In this document: in pieces, positions 38,443-51,549 of the stretch
Position numbering within the stretch: the first letter of the stretch is position 1
Layout of the letters: each line of letters begins with the position of its first letter
NCBI GenBank assembly: GCA_004764695.1
Contig: SMSO01000035.1
Location: forward strand, 3,484,040-3,548,039
Source of the DNA: Schizochytrium sp. TIO01
Taxonomy: Eukaryota; Protista; Bigyra: Labyrinthulomycetes
Direction: 5' to 3'
DNA: 64,000 nucleotides
Program-made: the position numbers and the translations under genes
The notes under the pieces: model-generated
Databases searched by the model: none
Told to the model about the DNA's origin: nothing
Seen by the model: only the letters and a program-made list of their open reading frames with translations

Positions 38443-41400
38443 ACAAGACCAGAAGCAAAAATAACTGAACCGATACTAAATTGCACCCATGTTTATGAGA
38501 TGATTAGTTGATGTTTGCTAGACTCAGAAGAAAAAAAAATACACCAGCTTACTTACTTGTAGACTCTCATTCACTCCGACTGTAGCTTGTGTTGTTCTGT
38601 AGGGCCGCCCTTCGATCACATGCATATCATCAGAGGTATATAAGAAGTAAAAAATAGAATTTAGCTCTTCACACGTAGATAGGGTGCTTTTCCAATATCC
38701 AGTTACTACGTCATATTGCATCAGTAATTTTTTATTTTTTTTAATAATAAAGAAGATGTAGCACAAAAAATACAACATGTTGAAGGCTATGCACTTTTTT
38801 TCTTCATTTCTTTTTTAATTAACTAGTTGTTAGTTAGTTGCAGATACTTTGAAAATAAAGAATGTTGCACTTCAGGCTAATTAAGGTAGCAGCCACACCA
38901 AGTATAAATAAAGCATACAACTTGCTGCGTTCCAAAGCTATAATGGCGCCTACAATGGTGTGTATACCCCTCAGTACCTCGTCTTAAATCCCTAAATACA
39001 TTTCACACGTAAGGGAATTTGACAGCCTCTGTCGAGTGAATGTTATTTTGTAATATTTCTCTAGCATTTTTTTAAAAAATAACATTAAAATTAAAAAAGT
39101 GTTCCCATTCCTACTGGCAAAGATGAAAAGGGATTTACAGTATCTCCATCCACGAAATAACCGAACGATGACCTCGTGGCACGAAAGAGAAGCCGTTTTA
39201 CTAAGTTCTCCAAAGCAACGCCTGATTTCGCAGTCCTTCTGATGTGCGAATAATTCTGCGTTGCGCAGCGCCTTCTTCTGCGGCTCAACATGAAGCTCAG
39301 ATTGAATTGGACTGTGTGCGTGCAGTGAAACTAACCTCAATAGACAACGGGGTTACGAGGCCTCATCACACCTTGCTTGCGCGGATACAAACTTCAGGAC
39401 AACAGAACGAAACTTCCACCCTTCAGGCTGCCAAAGAGAAACGTAGAGAAAAAAGAAAAGAGATCCACTCCAAATTACTGCTAGTGCTCCTCCCTCTCCG
39501 CAGATGAAATTTTCTGAGGGTAACTTGTTTTCCCGCTGATGCTTGAGGTTTCATGACGCCTCAATCATGAGGGAGAGTAACTAACTGCCTTTGCAATGCT
39601 AACTAGGACTTGGAAGTGCTCCAGTTGGCCCATTGAATTTATCGGTATGTAGTCTTCTACTGAACGTGTGATCCAATGCGCTACTTCCTCTGACTAGACT
39701 TGCGTTATGTTCCCCGATTTCTAGAACACGACAGAAGCGGCGCTAGCCCACCTTAGGTCTTTGAGGTACTTCTCGAACCAATGCCAATCGAAAAAAGCTT
39801 CATTCACCGACCAACCACAGCTCAAATGGGAGTTGCGGGGAGGATACGTCGTGGAGTGGAACCAAGCACGCAGATTTTTCGTCCTGGAGCGTAGTACCTC
39901 CAAAGACGCAGCTTTGGGATTGGTATTCTGAAAAGGTGCCTGCCTGCCTACCTACCTGGCTGGGCAGTAGTCTGAGATTCAATCAGTCAACTGCGTTCCC
40001 AGCTCAGTGGCGGAGACGGGCCACCTTGGGCTTCTCTACATAATGAATGAGTGCCGCCCGTATCTCTCGGAGGTCAATTTGCTATTTCCGATACTTTCTA
40101 CTGAAGTGCTCGTTATACAATGGATTCCGAGATTACTGAATGCTACGACCACCTCATACCTACCAACCCATAGGGCTTACACGCTTTCACGTTGAATAGG
40201 ACGAAGAAGAAATGAAACGCCCCTCGCCTGTCTGTCTAGCGGTTTTTCGTGGCCTCTTTAGAATTATATACAGCACGTAATGCAGTTTCAATCCGACTGG
40301 TGAAAATGAGCTGCCTTTTTATGAGGGCACTTAATGTTTTAGGAACGTGTAGTCGTAGGTACCTAGCAGCTGGGATGTTGGGCGGATTTGTTATTTGGTA
40401 AACATGCGAGAGATGAACTCAAAGCTAGACCCTATGTTGTGTCAATCTGCGAGGCCCTGGCGAACTAATTAAAGGTTTGACTAGAGTTTAGACCACCACT
40501 GCTGTGATCTCCACCAGAACGATGGAGATGGCCAAAATTGATGGTACTTACATGGCGGGAGTTGAATAAGACCCAACCTAGCAGCAGCGTTCTTTCTTGC
40601 TTTTTTTGCTTTTTTCCAAAGGAATACATAAATCTAGACTTGGAAAAGCAAAAGTATGCATTGAAACGGGGTCGGAACTCCTTGCATGGTAAAAGTTGGT
40701 TTCACGCCACATTCGGTGGGTGCCTGGAGAAGTGCACTGGCGCTACATTTTGCATGCTGTATTAAGGATATCAAACTAACTGCTATTTGCATATAACAGA
40801 TCAGACAAAGCTTTACAATCCAGCATGGGCTTAGGCTCTCATTAGAGGAAGAAAAAAATGATCTTATTTTCACGCTGATGACGATTTTCTTCTCAACTCG
40901 AACATCTATCAAATCCATGAAAATAAAGCCTAGGGTGTCGAAACTCTCTTCTTCTCTTTTTGCCTCTTTTCTTGGTCCACGGTCGTCACAAGCATTTCCG
41001 TTACTAAAGATTATTATGGCGCTGATGTATACATATAGAATAAACCTCCTTATATTAATAATGTAATCTGAAGCTTACTTTTGGTAGGTTCGAAGAAAGA
41101 ACTTTTGAAATATCTCTTTCTCTGTCACTTTAATTCCAGATAAAGCTCTGGCTTTAGTATAATACTCCATGGAGGCATGGTTTGCGAACGCATTTTGGAT
41201 TAAATTCGAATTTCCTACACTTAAAACTGGGAAAGCATACGATAATGTAAATCTCATTGCCACTTCACTAGACTTGTTTAAAATATTTCCTCACCTTCGA
41301 ATGTTTTCTGAAAATATGCCCAGGGGAAGGTCATGGATAGATTGTTTATGTTCTTTCACCCGATGAGGATTTAAAGAAAGGCATTTACATCAAGATGATT

Positions 41401-44155
41401 GCCTCAAACGCTTATCTCCTTGACTTAAGAAGGATGATTTCCCAACTAACTTTGTTCGACTCGAGCGTTGGACTGAAAGCGGCAGAGTCTTCGGAGAAAG
41501 GCGGTTTACTTTTTGACATGTGAGCTCAGATTCAATTGGCTTGAGATTTGAGAAATAAATTAGACAGTCACTTTATCATGAAACCAGCATTCAGTAATTA
41601 ATCATGTATCGAGAAACAATGTGCGTCTTTGCAAACTCTGTGCAGGTCTTACTAATTTCTTCAGGCAGCACGCGAGCCAAGGGTATTTTCAACGACATGG
41701 AGTTGCACATAAGAGAGTTGCATTTGGTTCATAAAAAGAGTGATCCAACCATTCCAAGAATTAAATATTCTTCAGTAGGTACTTTCTGCTCAGATGTATG
41801 AAAACGGAATGATTCATTCTGTTTTCAGTATTTAGAACATCACGAAGTATGTATCGGCAGCTCTATTCAGGTGCTAAAGAGTGAAGGGCTTCATTTCTAA
41901 TCATGCTAGCAGTTCGTAAGAACCATATCAATCTGAAGGGTTCTTCGCTGTTTCAGGATAGGCCCAAAAACTCCACCTTCACTTCTTCTTCTTCATATAC
42001 ATAATGAACACGCCACGAGATTGCTCTCACCAACGCTTCATTTACTAGATAAGTATTTTCCTTGCTTGTAGTCAGTAAGACGGTTTCGACAATCCACTTA
42101 AGATTGCTGTTCTTTGACTAGAGCATTTACTCAGGACGAGAATTCTTTATTTCCTGTCCTCTGGTTAACGAGATATATGCTTAAGGTCTGCCTAAATAAT
42201 AATAAAACTTCCTGTGTGCTGTCATGTTGAACCCTTATACATGAACAAAGGTTTGTTTGGGCGTTTTCCCTTGTGCTACTAAAATATTGCGCACACTCGC
42301 CATTCCACCTTTGACCAAATCATGTACCACGCACGACAGATCGTACCCATTGTCCTTACAAAAAAGTCGGGAATTTTGGAATCTTCCTGCACTGGTAGGT
42401 AGGTATCCTTGTGATTTTTTATTGACAACAGTTCTAAATATTAGGTTCACCTTTATTTTATTGTTTTCTTAATTAATTTTAACTAGAATCACAACTTTAG
42501 AATTTTTTTTTAAAGTGTTTTCAGAATGTTACGATCTATGAAGGGGCCTATTATTAAAATACGACATAGACAACAAGAAAAACAAAAGCAAGTTTCTCCT
42601 TTCTCGTTGCTTAACCATCGTTCTTTATTTTTATTTCCATTTTGTTGGGAGGGGGAGGGGGAGAGTACATCGAAGAAGAAAACTAGGTAGAGAAGCAGCC
42701 AACCATACTTTGCTTTTCTAAGCTAGTATCTAAGAACATTAATGAGCTTCGTACGAAGAATCACAGTTTACAGAGCATGCGTCATTTTCGATTTAAATTT
42801 ATTTTATTTTATTTCTACAAGATTTAGGTACCTGGGTACAACAAAAAATCATCTTGGCTTTTCTTTCACTCCTACTAATCAGACAGAGGTGGAACATTAA
42901 ATATTTTAAACCAGGTAAGTAGTCAGGTCAAAGCATGCGCACGCATTTGATTTGCTTTGATTTGCTTTGCTTTGCTTTGCTTCATTGTTTTCCTTTCCCA
43001 CGTTTTCATTTCTTAACTTAGAGTTGAAACTCTGACGTTCATAACCTCCCAATTTTTAGTTTCCTACAAATAATGTGATCAGGCTGCAAGTCTCCAAGTC
43101 AAACGTGTAACTGTTGATCACTCTCCGATGTGTTTACAGCCACCCAGTGCCGTATGCACTTCTCGGGCCATAATGTACTTGTAATCGCACTTTCATGATT
43201 GCACCATGCTATATGTGTTTGGTAACTCGCGCTCATCAAAATTGCGTAAAAATCATTATCAATTCAATTTTATGTTTCAAATTTTATTTAAAATTAAAAA
43301 TTAAAAATTAAAAATGCTTTTAGGATTAGTTCTTTTAGGAGTAGTAATAATTAGTCTTACCAGCAAATCATACAAAGCAGACACTTCAAGTTCTAGTCCT
43401 TCTTCATCAATATTCAAAAACAAAAACCTTTTTATGAATACTATTTGTTTTAAATTAAAACAAATAAAGTGGCTTGGAATAAAAAACACAATCCTTGACA
43501 TTGAAATGCATGGTGGGTTCCAAACAATTAAAACAGAAATAACCTATATAATGATAAGAAGATTTATCACTCTGGCCCTGAGAGACTATGTTCATGTGAA
43601 GTTAAGCAAAGAATTAAGTACAGTTAGCCAGAAGCCCATCCAGCAGTATCTTATGTACTAAGTATAGGAATATCTTGGTGAATCACAGGAACTGCCCATT
43701 ACAGAAACATGATTACATTAAGGTTCAAATTCTCCTTGTGCTAAATGCCACTGGTACTTATGTTTTTTTAGGTGAAGGCAATAGCGTCCTCGTGTTTTTG
43801 CTTTACATTTTCGATATTGTTTTCCAAAAGCTCTGTATCATTGAAATCTCTATGCAAATAACATTGTAAATCACGAACTTAAAGGTACCTTGGATGTGCA
43901 ATTTATGCGCAATTTTCGTTTCTTTCCTCTTTTACAATTTGTGAATTGCTCCAATACCCAAAGAACTTGTTCTTCCTTTACTATAAATTACAACAAGTAG
44001 TGTATGAATTTAGTGATTCTTTGATTGTATCAAATCCAAAATGCAACCAACCATTCTAAAGCCTCGAAAAGAAGATCGTCGCTATATTGTACCGTTCTCA
44101 GATTCCCGTACATTATAAGTTACCTATTTTCTTCTTCATGCCTACTGAATCTCCA

Positions 44156-44190
44156 ACTTCATTACGAAAGGCCAACTTTCGTAATGAAGT
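44156..44190. repeat. Perfect 15-bp inverted repeat with 5-nt loop
   Basis: acttcattacgaaag-gccaa-ctttcgtaatgaagt. Confidence 0.9.
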
Positions 44191-47100
44191 AACTATCTTA
44201 GTCTTTAGCGCAAGAAGCGATCTACTCCACACTCATAAGTATATTTTGGAAAAGTGAAATATTGTCTTTCCAGGAAAGCCTAGTTAGGGCGGTAATTTTT
44301 ATTTGTCGAATACCCAGGACTTATTGTTATCATGCTGTTAAAATGTCATGAACACGAAGAAGAACAAAAATGAAACAGGATTAAACTGCTCAAATACACA
44401 GCAGTTCTGAAACGCTAAGATCGTGCTGCTTTATATATGCACGCCGATCTGAAAAATGCTGGTTTTGTATGCAAGACCTGAATTGGTCAACGTTCGCAAG
44501 CTTGCATTGCCAAGTTGTAATATCTGACCGTTCGTGTTTCAATCTCATTTGCAGTTCCCCATAAATATAATCAAAGAATGTGTCAGTTACAATATCACCC
44601 ATACTTTAAAAGAGTGTACACGGGGCAATGATTATTATGATTTGTGTATAGACAGGCATTTTTATAGAAGGACAACACTCCTATTTAACAAATCACATAT
44701 AACTACTATAATTAGAACCAATAGAAATAATGGAATTCGCATCGCCAAACCCTCAGTGCATCTAAATGGCTTAAGTAACGCTCTTACAAACTTCACAGTA
44801 TTACCAGCAAACGTATTAAGATGGTGTATATACGATCAGCATTACACGCTTTTGTTTTGCATACTTGACCAAAGCAAACATGAATTGCAAATTGTTTGGT
44901 TCCTCTAGAAGTCCACAATACATATCTTTCATTCTCATACATGTGCACTACGATATTCAAAATCGAAGGAACTAGTAAACAAAACATTGCTAGAGTTCTA
45001 GGTGCTCATCGTAAGACCTCCAAAATTTGGGAGTTCCATACAATAGGACTAGATAACCAAGCATGCGTAATTGAGAATCCTTAGAGCAAAGTACATATTC
45101 CCCAGACATAGGTATGATGAAATCTAAATTAATGTTGAAAAGGAGTACACTCGTCAAGTCTGTCTACTACAGATCAAGTATGCCTTTATGTCCTTATTAC
45201 AACATGAATTAGTCTAATTCCAATGACAGGAGATCCCAAACTCTTAGAAGTCATACATTAGTATGCCATCATCTTCATGGTTAACCTCTCAGTGACCATA
45301 CTCGTATATCAGCAGTTTGGCTAGTCAAGACTCCGAGGATGTTTCTACTTGCGCATCATATACTTCTTGAGAAAGAAATGAAGAGTTAATCACATCTATT
45401 CCTTTACAGAACACTATATCCCTCGAAGGTAAATTTGTAGAAAACAACTTAGCACTTCAATTACAATTTTGCTTCATCAAATTGGGAGTAACATTTACAA
45501 TAAATACTGCCCCATCCTTACACCTGGACCTCTTGTTTTTAGCAAGCATGAGGTTGATTTGGAATAGACAAGTCCTAAGTTTGGATATCGTTATTCTTTC
45601 ACGTTAGCTCAGTTCTAGATCCATACCCGCCTTTACTTCAAACTTTTAAACTATCTTATGATTCCGTTTTTCTAGTGCTCAAGCATACAGATTTTATTGC
45701 ACAAAATTAAGCAACTTGATTAGCCTCTATTGAGAACTATATATGGTCAGTTAAAGGTGGACTACGAAGGTAAAGTCAAGAGACTTGAGGAAGGTTGGAT
45801 AAATTTGTCTTTAGAATGTCAATGATATGCTGTTTCTGAAACTGAATTCAAAAACAGGCTCATTCGTTATATAAGTAGGAGTTTAACGTAGACTTGATGT
45901 GTACCAAACAGAACTTAAGATGTTAAGTTAACTTGTCTCTTCAAGCCTCAATTCACTCCATCATGATTGATTTTTTGCGAAAGCCACTTTGAACCTCAGC
46001 TTTTCTAATTTGACAATCACGATCAGATTGCTATTCTGATATGATATAAAATAAACCCTACATTTTCGATTTCTTCTAATGGGGCGCCATGAATTCTTGC
46101 GATATCTTACCCACAGTTCCTTGGAATGGGGATCTCAGCAGCCTCGTCGTGCATAGTCAGCAGATTTTCTGCATAAAGCCGAGATTCGTTAGGGATTTAC
46201 ATGAAGATTTAAAACAATTTTCCTTTTTGTAGCTTTTCATATAACATCAGGCAGAGATCCAGCGTTAACCGCCCCGCCCCGTTCTATATTTAAATTGAGC
46301 AGCCGAGCTGCCACGGATATTTTACATCTTCCATGCTGACATATATCGCCCTTCAGCGTATAGATAGAGATGAACAATTTGTACATACTTTAATTGATCA
46401 GGTTGACTGAAATAGCTCTGAAGTGTTCTGAAGTCCGCAATATTGAGAAGAAATTGTATTGAATTTACGCGTACTGCTAGTGGAATAGGTGGATGATTAG
46501 TTTGGCGTTCAAATTCTCACTACATAACTTTACTACCTCCTAATTTTGCTCTCTTCTGTGATGCTTATCTATGAATTGATTTACTTACTGAGCAGTCAAA
46601 TGCCATATGGAAAGTTATTCTTTATTTATCAATGCTATGCGAAGAAACTTAGATCTGGGATAAAAAAAGGACCTAGTAGGTAGTTTAACACACCCGGTAC
46701 TATGATTCATGCAAGGGTACATAATATCCATAGCAAGTCAAGGTTACTTCACTAGTTGGAATGTCTACTCGAATTGAAAGCAAGAGTGTGCGGCTCTCAT
46801 ATCAGAATATGACATTTCTTTTAAAAAGAAAGGGCAAATGAATAACTTTGGAAAAAAAGGTAAATAAAATAGTACTACGCATACAAAACGTACTGCTAAA
46901 ACTATTAGAGATACTACTAGTAAGCATCACCTCACACCCAATTACACGCAGATCTATCCGTTGATGGACGGATGTCTGACTCTTTAGTAGCACTGCTGTG
47001 ATCACGGCACAGTTTCATGGAGGAAAATCGTCCCTTCCTTGCAGCCATCAGGGTAAGAAGCAAGGTGGGGTCAAAACACATTAAGGGGGTTTGAGATATT

Positions 47101-47495
47101 CTAGAGAGGTCGGTGAGGCACAAAACAAGTTTATAAATTTGATCCGAGATAACTTTCGCACACATGCTCCAGGGCACAAGGACTGCAATAGAGAACAATT
47201 AAGGTGATAGCAAAAAGAAAGTAGGCAAGGAGCATTTCTGTAGCAGTAAACTGTGAAGTCAGGTTGCTTAGGGTACGCAGACGCACCTGTATCTGCTGTC
47301 CGAAGCGAGGACGGACGGTTGATAGTCGAATGCTCTCTGGCCGGAGCGAGCTTGCTCGCCCGAAAGCTCAAAGATAACGAACCAGGCTGGACGCGTGGAA
47401 TCAAAAAGGCACCTCGCGCTAGTTTGGGAGAGAGCTCGGTATTTTCCTTTGTTATCTCGAATATTTTGCTTGGTACTTTGAAATAACGGAGAAGC

Positions 47496-49058
47496 ATGAG
47501 CAGCAAAAACACGCGCCGTGCGACTATTGCCAATAATGGTAAGGCTAAAAGCCAAGCAGCTATTTCACGACCACGATCGCACAGTGTTATCAAAGCAAAG
47601 TCCTCAAGACTTTCCATTAATGATCGAAGTTCAAGGAGCTCAAATATCATCAGTAAGACTAGCTCGCGTCGTTCGCAAATAAATTCACAAAATGATCTGG
47701 CAGGGATGCCTCCACGGCGTCCAACAATGACAACCCATCCGTCAACTCGAAGAGCATCCTCTAACAGGTTTGGTCCTGACAACCCTCGCCGTCGTAGTAG
47801 TGGCAACACTCGGAGGTCACTCAATGCAGAATCGAAAGAAGGAGTCGAAAATGATAAAAGCCTTCGGAAAAGCCGTACAACTCGTATTTCAGCAGCTGAA
47901 GACCGTCAGAAAGCAGTGTACGTAATAATATTATTATCAATAAAAAGATCATCCTCGGAGGAGACCGATAAATGAATCTTGTGTAGAGTGTTTAGAAAAA
48001 CATTTGGGTATATTGTAATGACAAATGAAGACTAACTCCAATGTCGCGTTGACACGTCATCGTAACCTTTAATCATAATCGTGTGGGCTATGTAAATTGT
48101 TTCGGGTTCGTATTGGATGGGGTAATTACTTTACAAAAAAAAAAATAGACCTTTAATTGATCCGGATGGACGCAAATCTACATTACGGAAAATTGCATCT
48201 CTGGGGAAGTCTATAGGTGCAGTCAAAGTAGATACACGTGTTGACGGGGATGCAAGCCGTGCATGCGAGTTACTCGGGGTAACAAAAAAGGACCTTCGAA
48301 AATTGCGTGTTCGATTTGATGTTGCTGATGCCGATGGTAGTGGAGAGATTACTCGAGACGAATTCTTCAAGATGGTCGAGGAGAAACCATCACCATTTGG
48401 AGAATCGGTCTTTCGCCTCATTGATGTCGATTGCTCCGATGGCATTAGTTTTAATGAGTTAGTGCAGGTATTGACTACTTTTTGCATTTTTAACCAGACA
48501 GATATTCTCTATTTCATCTTTCAGCAATATGACAGGGTAAGTAATTATTTCGTAGATGGATACTAGATCAATCCAGGAGAAAAAGGGCTTCACATAAAGA
48601 AGAGGGTTCACTAACACATATTGTTGCGCGGAGATGGCTGCTCCCCCCATCTACTGTCTTCACTGGCGATTATATAATGCTCTTTAAATGAGCAGGATGG
48701 GTCTGGAAGTCTAGATGAATTTGAGTTTATCGAGATGATTACCGACCTAAATACAGATCCTATGTTCCCAGGAAATATTCAAAAAGCTTTTGAGTCATTT
48801 GATGCCAATGCCGATGGACTTATTGATTTTGATGAATTCAAAGAGTTAAATAGACGCTACCCTATGCTTACATTTCCAATATTCCGACTCCAGGATCAAA
48901 TGCAACGAAAAACCCTCGGACAGTCACGCTGGACAAAAATTCTTCGTGAAAAGGCTAAGCGAGAACGCATCGAGGCATATAAACTTGCTCATGATGGAGA
49001 TATGCCTCCAGAAGCTAGATCCGGATGCTTTGGTTTTTTCAGAAGGAAGCGTGAATAA
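47496..49058 (+). CDS. Four-EF-hand calcium-binding protein (calcineurin B/calmodulin-like) with basic S/R-rich N-terminal extension; join(47496..47917,48149..48536,48696..49058), 390 aa
   Basis: Introns GTACGT...TAG (47918-48148, phase 2) and GTAAGT...CAG (48537-48695, phase 0) join three ORF pieces in frame. EF loops: DADGSGEITRDE, DVDCSDGISFNE, DRDGSGSLDEFE (rebuilt across intron 2), DANADGLIDFDE. Confidence 0.88.
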
Positions 49059-50766
49059 ATAGCAGGACGTGCATTTGTGTAATATATTATAAGGAAAAAA
49101 ACGAGTGATCAAATAGCTCCGTTAAATGTTGTTTTTATAGTTTTAAATGAGATCTTACTATGAAACCCTTTTTCTTGTCCCTTCTTTTGCCTGGAACTTT
49201 CTACAACAGGTTCTTTCGGAAACCTTACAATCACTCGAAACAAGCTAATCTCGAGTCATGAAATGCCAGATATCATCGTTCTTCTCCATTCTAATATGAT
49301 CTTTTTTATAAACATTGTAGATTGTGAATACATATCTTCTCGGTACAAATTTAATTTCTATACTATCAAGTGCGTTGTCAGTTGATGGTTCCCAGATAAT
49401 ACTGGAGCACCAGGAGATGCCTAAAAATATACAATAAATGTACAAATTAGTTCAAATAGATCTGTTACGTAAGAACAAGGATAAAGACTAAGTATCTTGA
49501 ATGAATTCCCAAAGGGTTATAAGTAAAGGTGCCAACATCTCTCTCTAAATTATTATCTTATCATTTCCCAATGTTTTGCCGATGTTGAAACATGCATCAT
49601 TCTATGTTGTCCTCTTGAAACAATCCGCCAGTGAGGTTAGAAAGTGCCATTCTAATCAGGAATCAAGGCGGCCGATAGTTTGCGAAATCTTATGAAGCAA
49701 CGCAAGGCTTTCATCTCATTTTTTATTTTTTATTTTTTTGTGAGTTTTACCAACCAATCTACATGATTTATGCTTACACAAAACCTTGGATTTAACAATG
49801 CACCCCTCAATAATCAATTTTCGATCTCATTTTCTGTTTGCCGAATGTACGTTGGTCCGTGGTCTTCAGCATCTACCAGAAAGTTACAACACTCTCAACT
49901 ACCAACTTATTCAACTGATGGAGGTACTTCGGCGCTAATTTGCGCCGAAACATATAATGGCATGTTCCGAGCGTGTATCTTCTTTGCAAAGTTGTGGTCA
50001 AGAAATCAGTGTCAACTACTGAAACGTCGTAAATAATACTCCCGTTTATCGTCAGAGGTGAGATAAAGCACTTTGTTCTGCTCGTGCACAAAGTCCCTTT
50101 CCAAGAAAGAATCGATGTGTTCGTGTTTGTAAAAACTTCAGGTTCTTTAGCCCCGCAGCAAATCATGGTATCAAACTTATTGGATCAGTCATAGTTGAAT
50201 CGCATCCATCGTGGGCGGTTCGTTACCTTTTTACTAGTATATAGACGATCATATGTCCTCTTTGGAACTGCCATTGCAAGGCTTGCAGCCAGGGTGTGTC
50301 GATCACTTAGACACTGCCTCTTTCCAAAGGTCATCCTTTTGTTGCGAATTTCTAACCTTTAATCATAGAACTTTTCTTTTCTAAATTGGAACTAGATACC
50401 AAGCAGTTCACCGTCAGCATGGACACGCTTGTCGCATTTCATGGGCCTTGAACCAAATTTAGATTGATCATGTCATTCCCATGTGTTACCATTCCTTCAA
50501 TGATCCCTTCTAAAACTAATGATGCATCGATTCAATGATTCATCCGCAGCCCTAGAAGGAAAATTCAGTTGTGCATGTGCTATCGATCCGAATCAGTGTT
50601 TTGCAAGCGCTGCATACATATTTTGAGTCTGTCAGGCTGTATCGTCTCGACGTTTTGTCGCAGATCCTATTGCTTCTCTCACATCCCGTTGTTCAAGTAC
50701 ATAGATACCTGTAGAGTACCTACTATGAGAAACAATCTCTTCTAAAAGCCAAGACAAATAAAAATG

Positions 50767-51549
50767 AAAGTAAACAAATAAAACTTTAAAAAATAAAAAT
50801 AGATAGAGAAAGAGAGACAAAAGCAACAGAAGAAGAAAGAGAAAGACAGAAAGAAGAAAGAGAGAGCCTTGCGGCGCCTCCGCAGCATTGATTCCACGCA
50901 AGCTCGGGGTCTTGCGACCATAACTTCAAACCTCCCCCCGCCCTTGCCAGTCTGTTGCGGCCTCCTACCTCTAAGTTTGCCCCCTTGCGTTTTACCTGGC
51001 AGCTTTCTGCAGTTCGTGGCCCCTCATTCCGTGAGCCGTCGGCGGCATTGCTCCAGTATCAACTCACCACGCGAGCCCTCTGAGCTCTATCCGAGGCGAA
51101 ACTGATTTCATAGCCTTCTAGGCTCGATTCGAACGCCCTGGCGTGCTTCGTGGTGACCTAGAGACCTCTTCAGCGCTCGTCTGCGTTGAAATCGCTTTGA
51201 AATCCTCGTTGGAAAGTAGCCCATCCGTGGCTTCTTTTCCGTAGGCGACGGCCCCAAGGCTACCCTGCGCGTTCTGAGTCCCTTGACAGCGGAGCGGCGG
51301 TCTAATACCCCGCCTCACTGGTCCTCGTGGCCTCTGAGCACCGCTGCTCAGGACTCATCCAGCTGCCAGAGTCAAGTTCGTCGAGGACCTCGATTTCGCC
51401 TTATCTAACAAACACGCAACTCTACCGCGCCACCGTGGGCAAAGGAGCCCAGCAGCCGGCCCTCGACTTCCCAAACCGCTTACAAGACCTTCGGGCGGAG
51501 GCTACAGCGTGCTCTTTTGTTCTTCAGAGCGGCAACGCCGGCATCCGCC
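50767..51549 (+). promoter_or_regulatory. Putative ~0.75 kb AUG-free 5' leader of the PHD/PLU-1 gene
   Basis: No + strand ATG between 50767 and the start at 51550; GC-rich and preceded by an A/purine-rich tract. Confidence 0.5.

Noticed and set aside
44390-45350. Protein-like fragments on the minus strand (e.g. HEDDGILMY)
   Set aside because: Motif spacing is inconsistent with an RT and there are many stops; may be decayed element DNA but unsupported.
47081-47824. 247-aa antisense ORF over EF-hand exon 1
   Set aside because: Shadow frame of the real + strand gene; no domain; non-ATG start.
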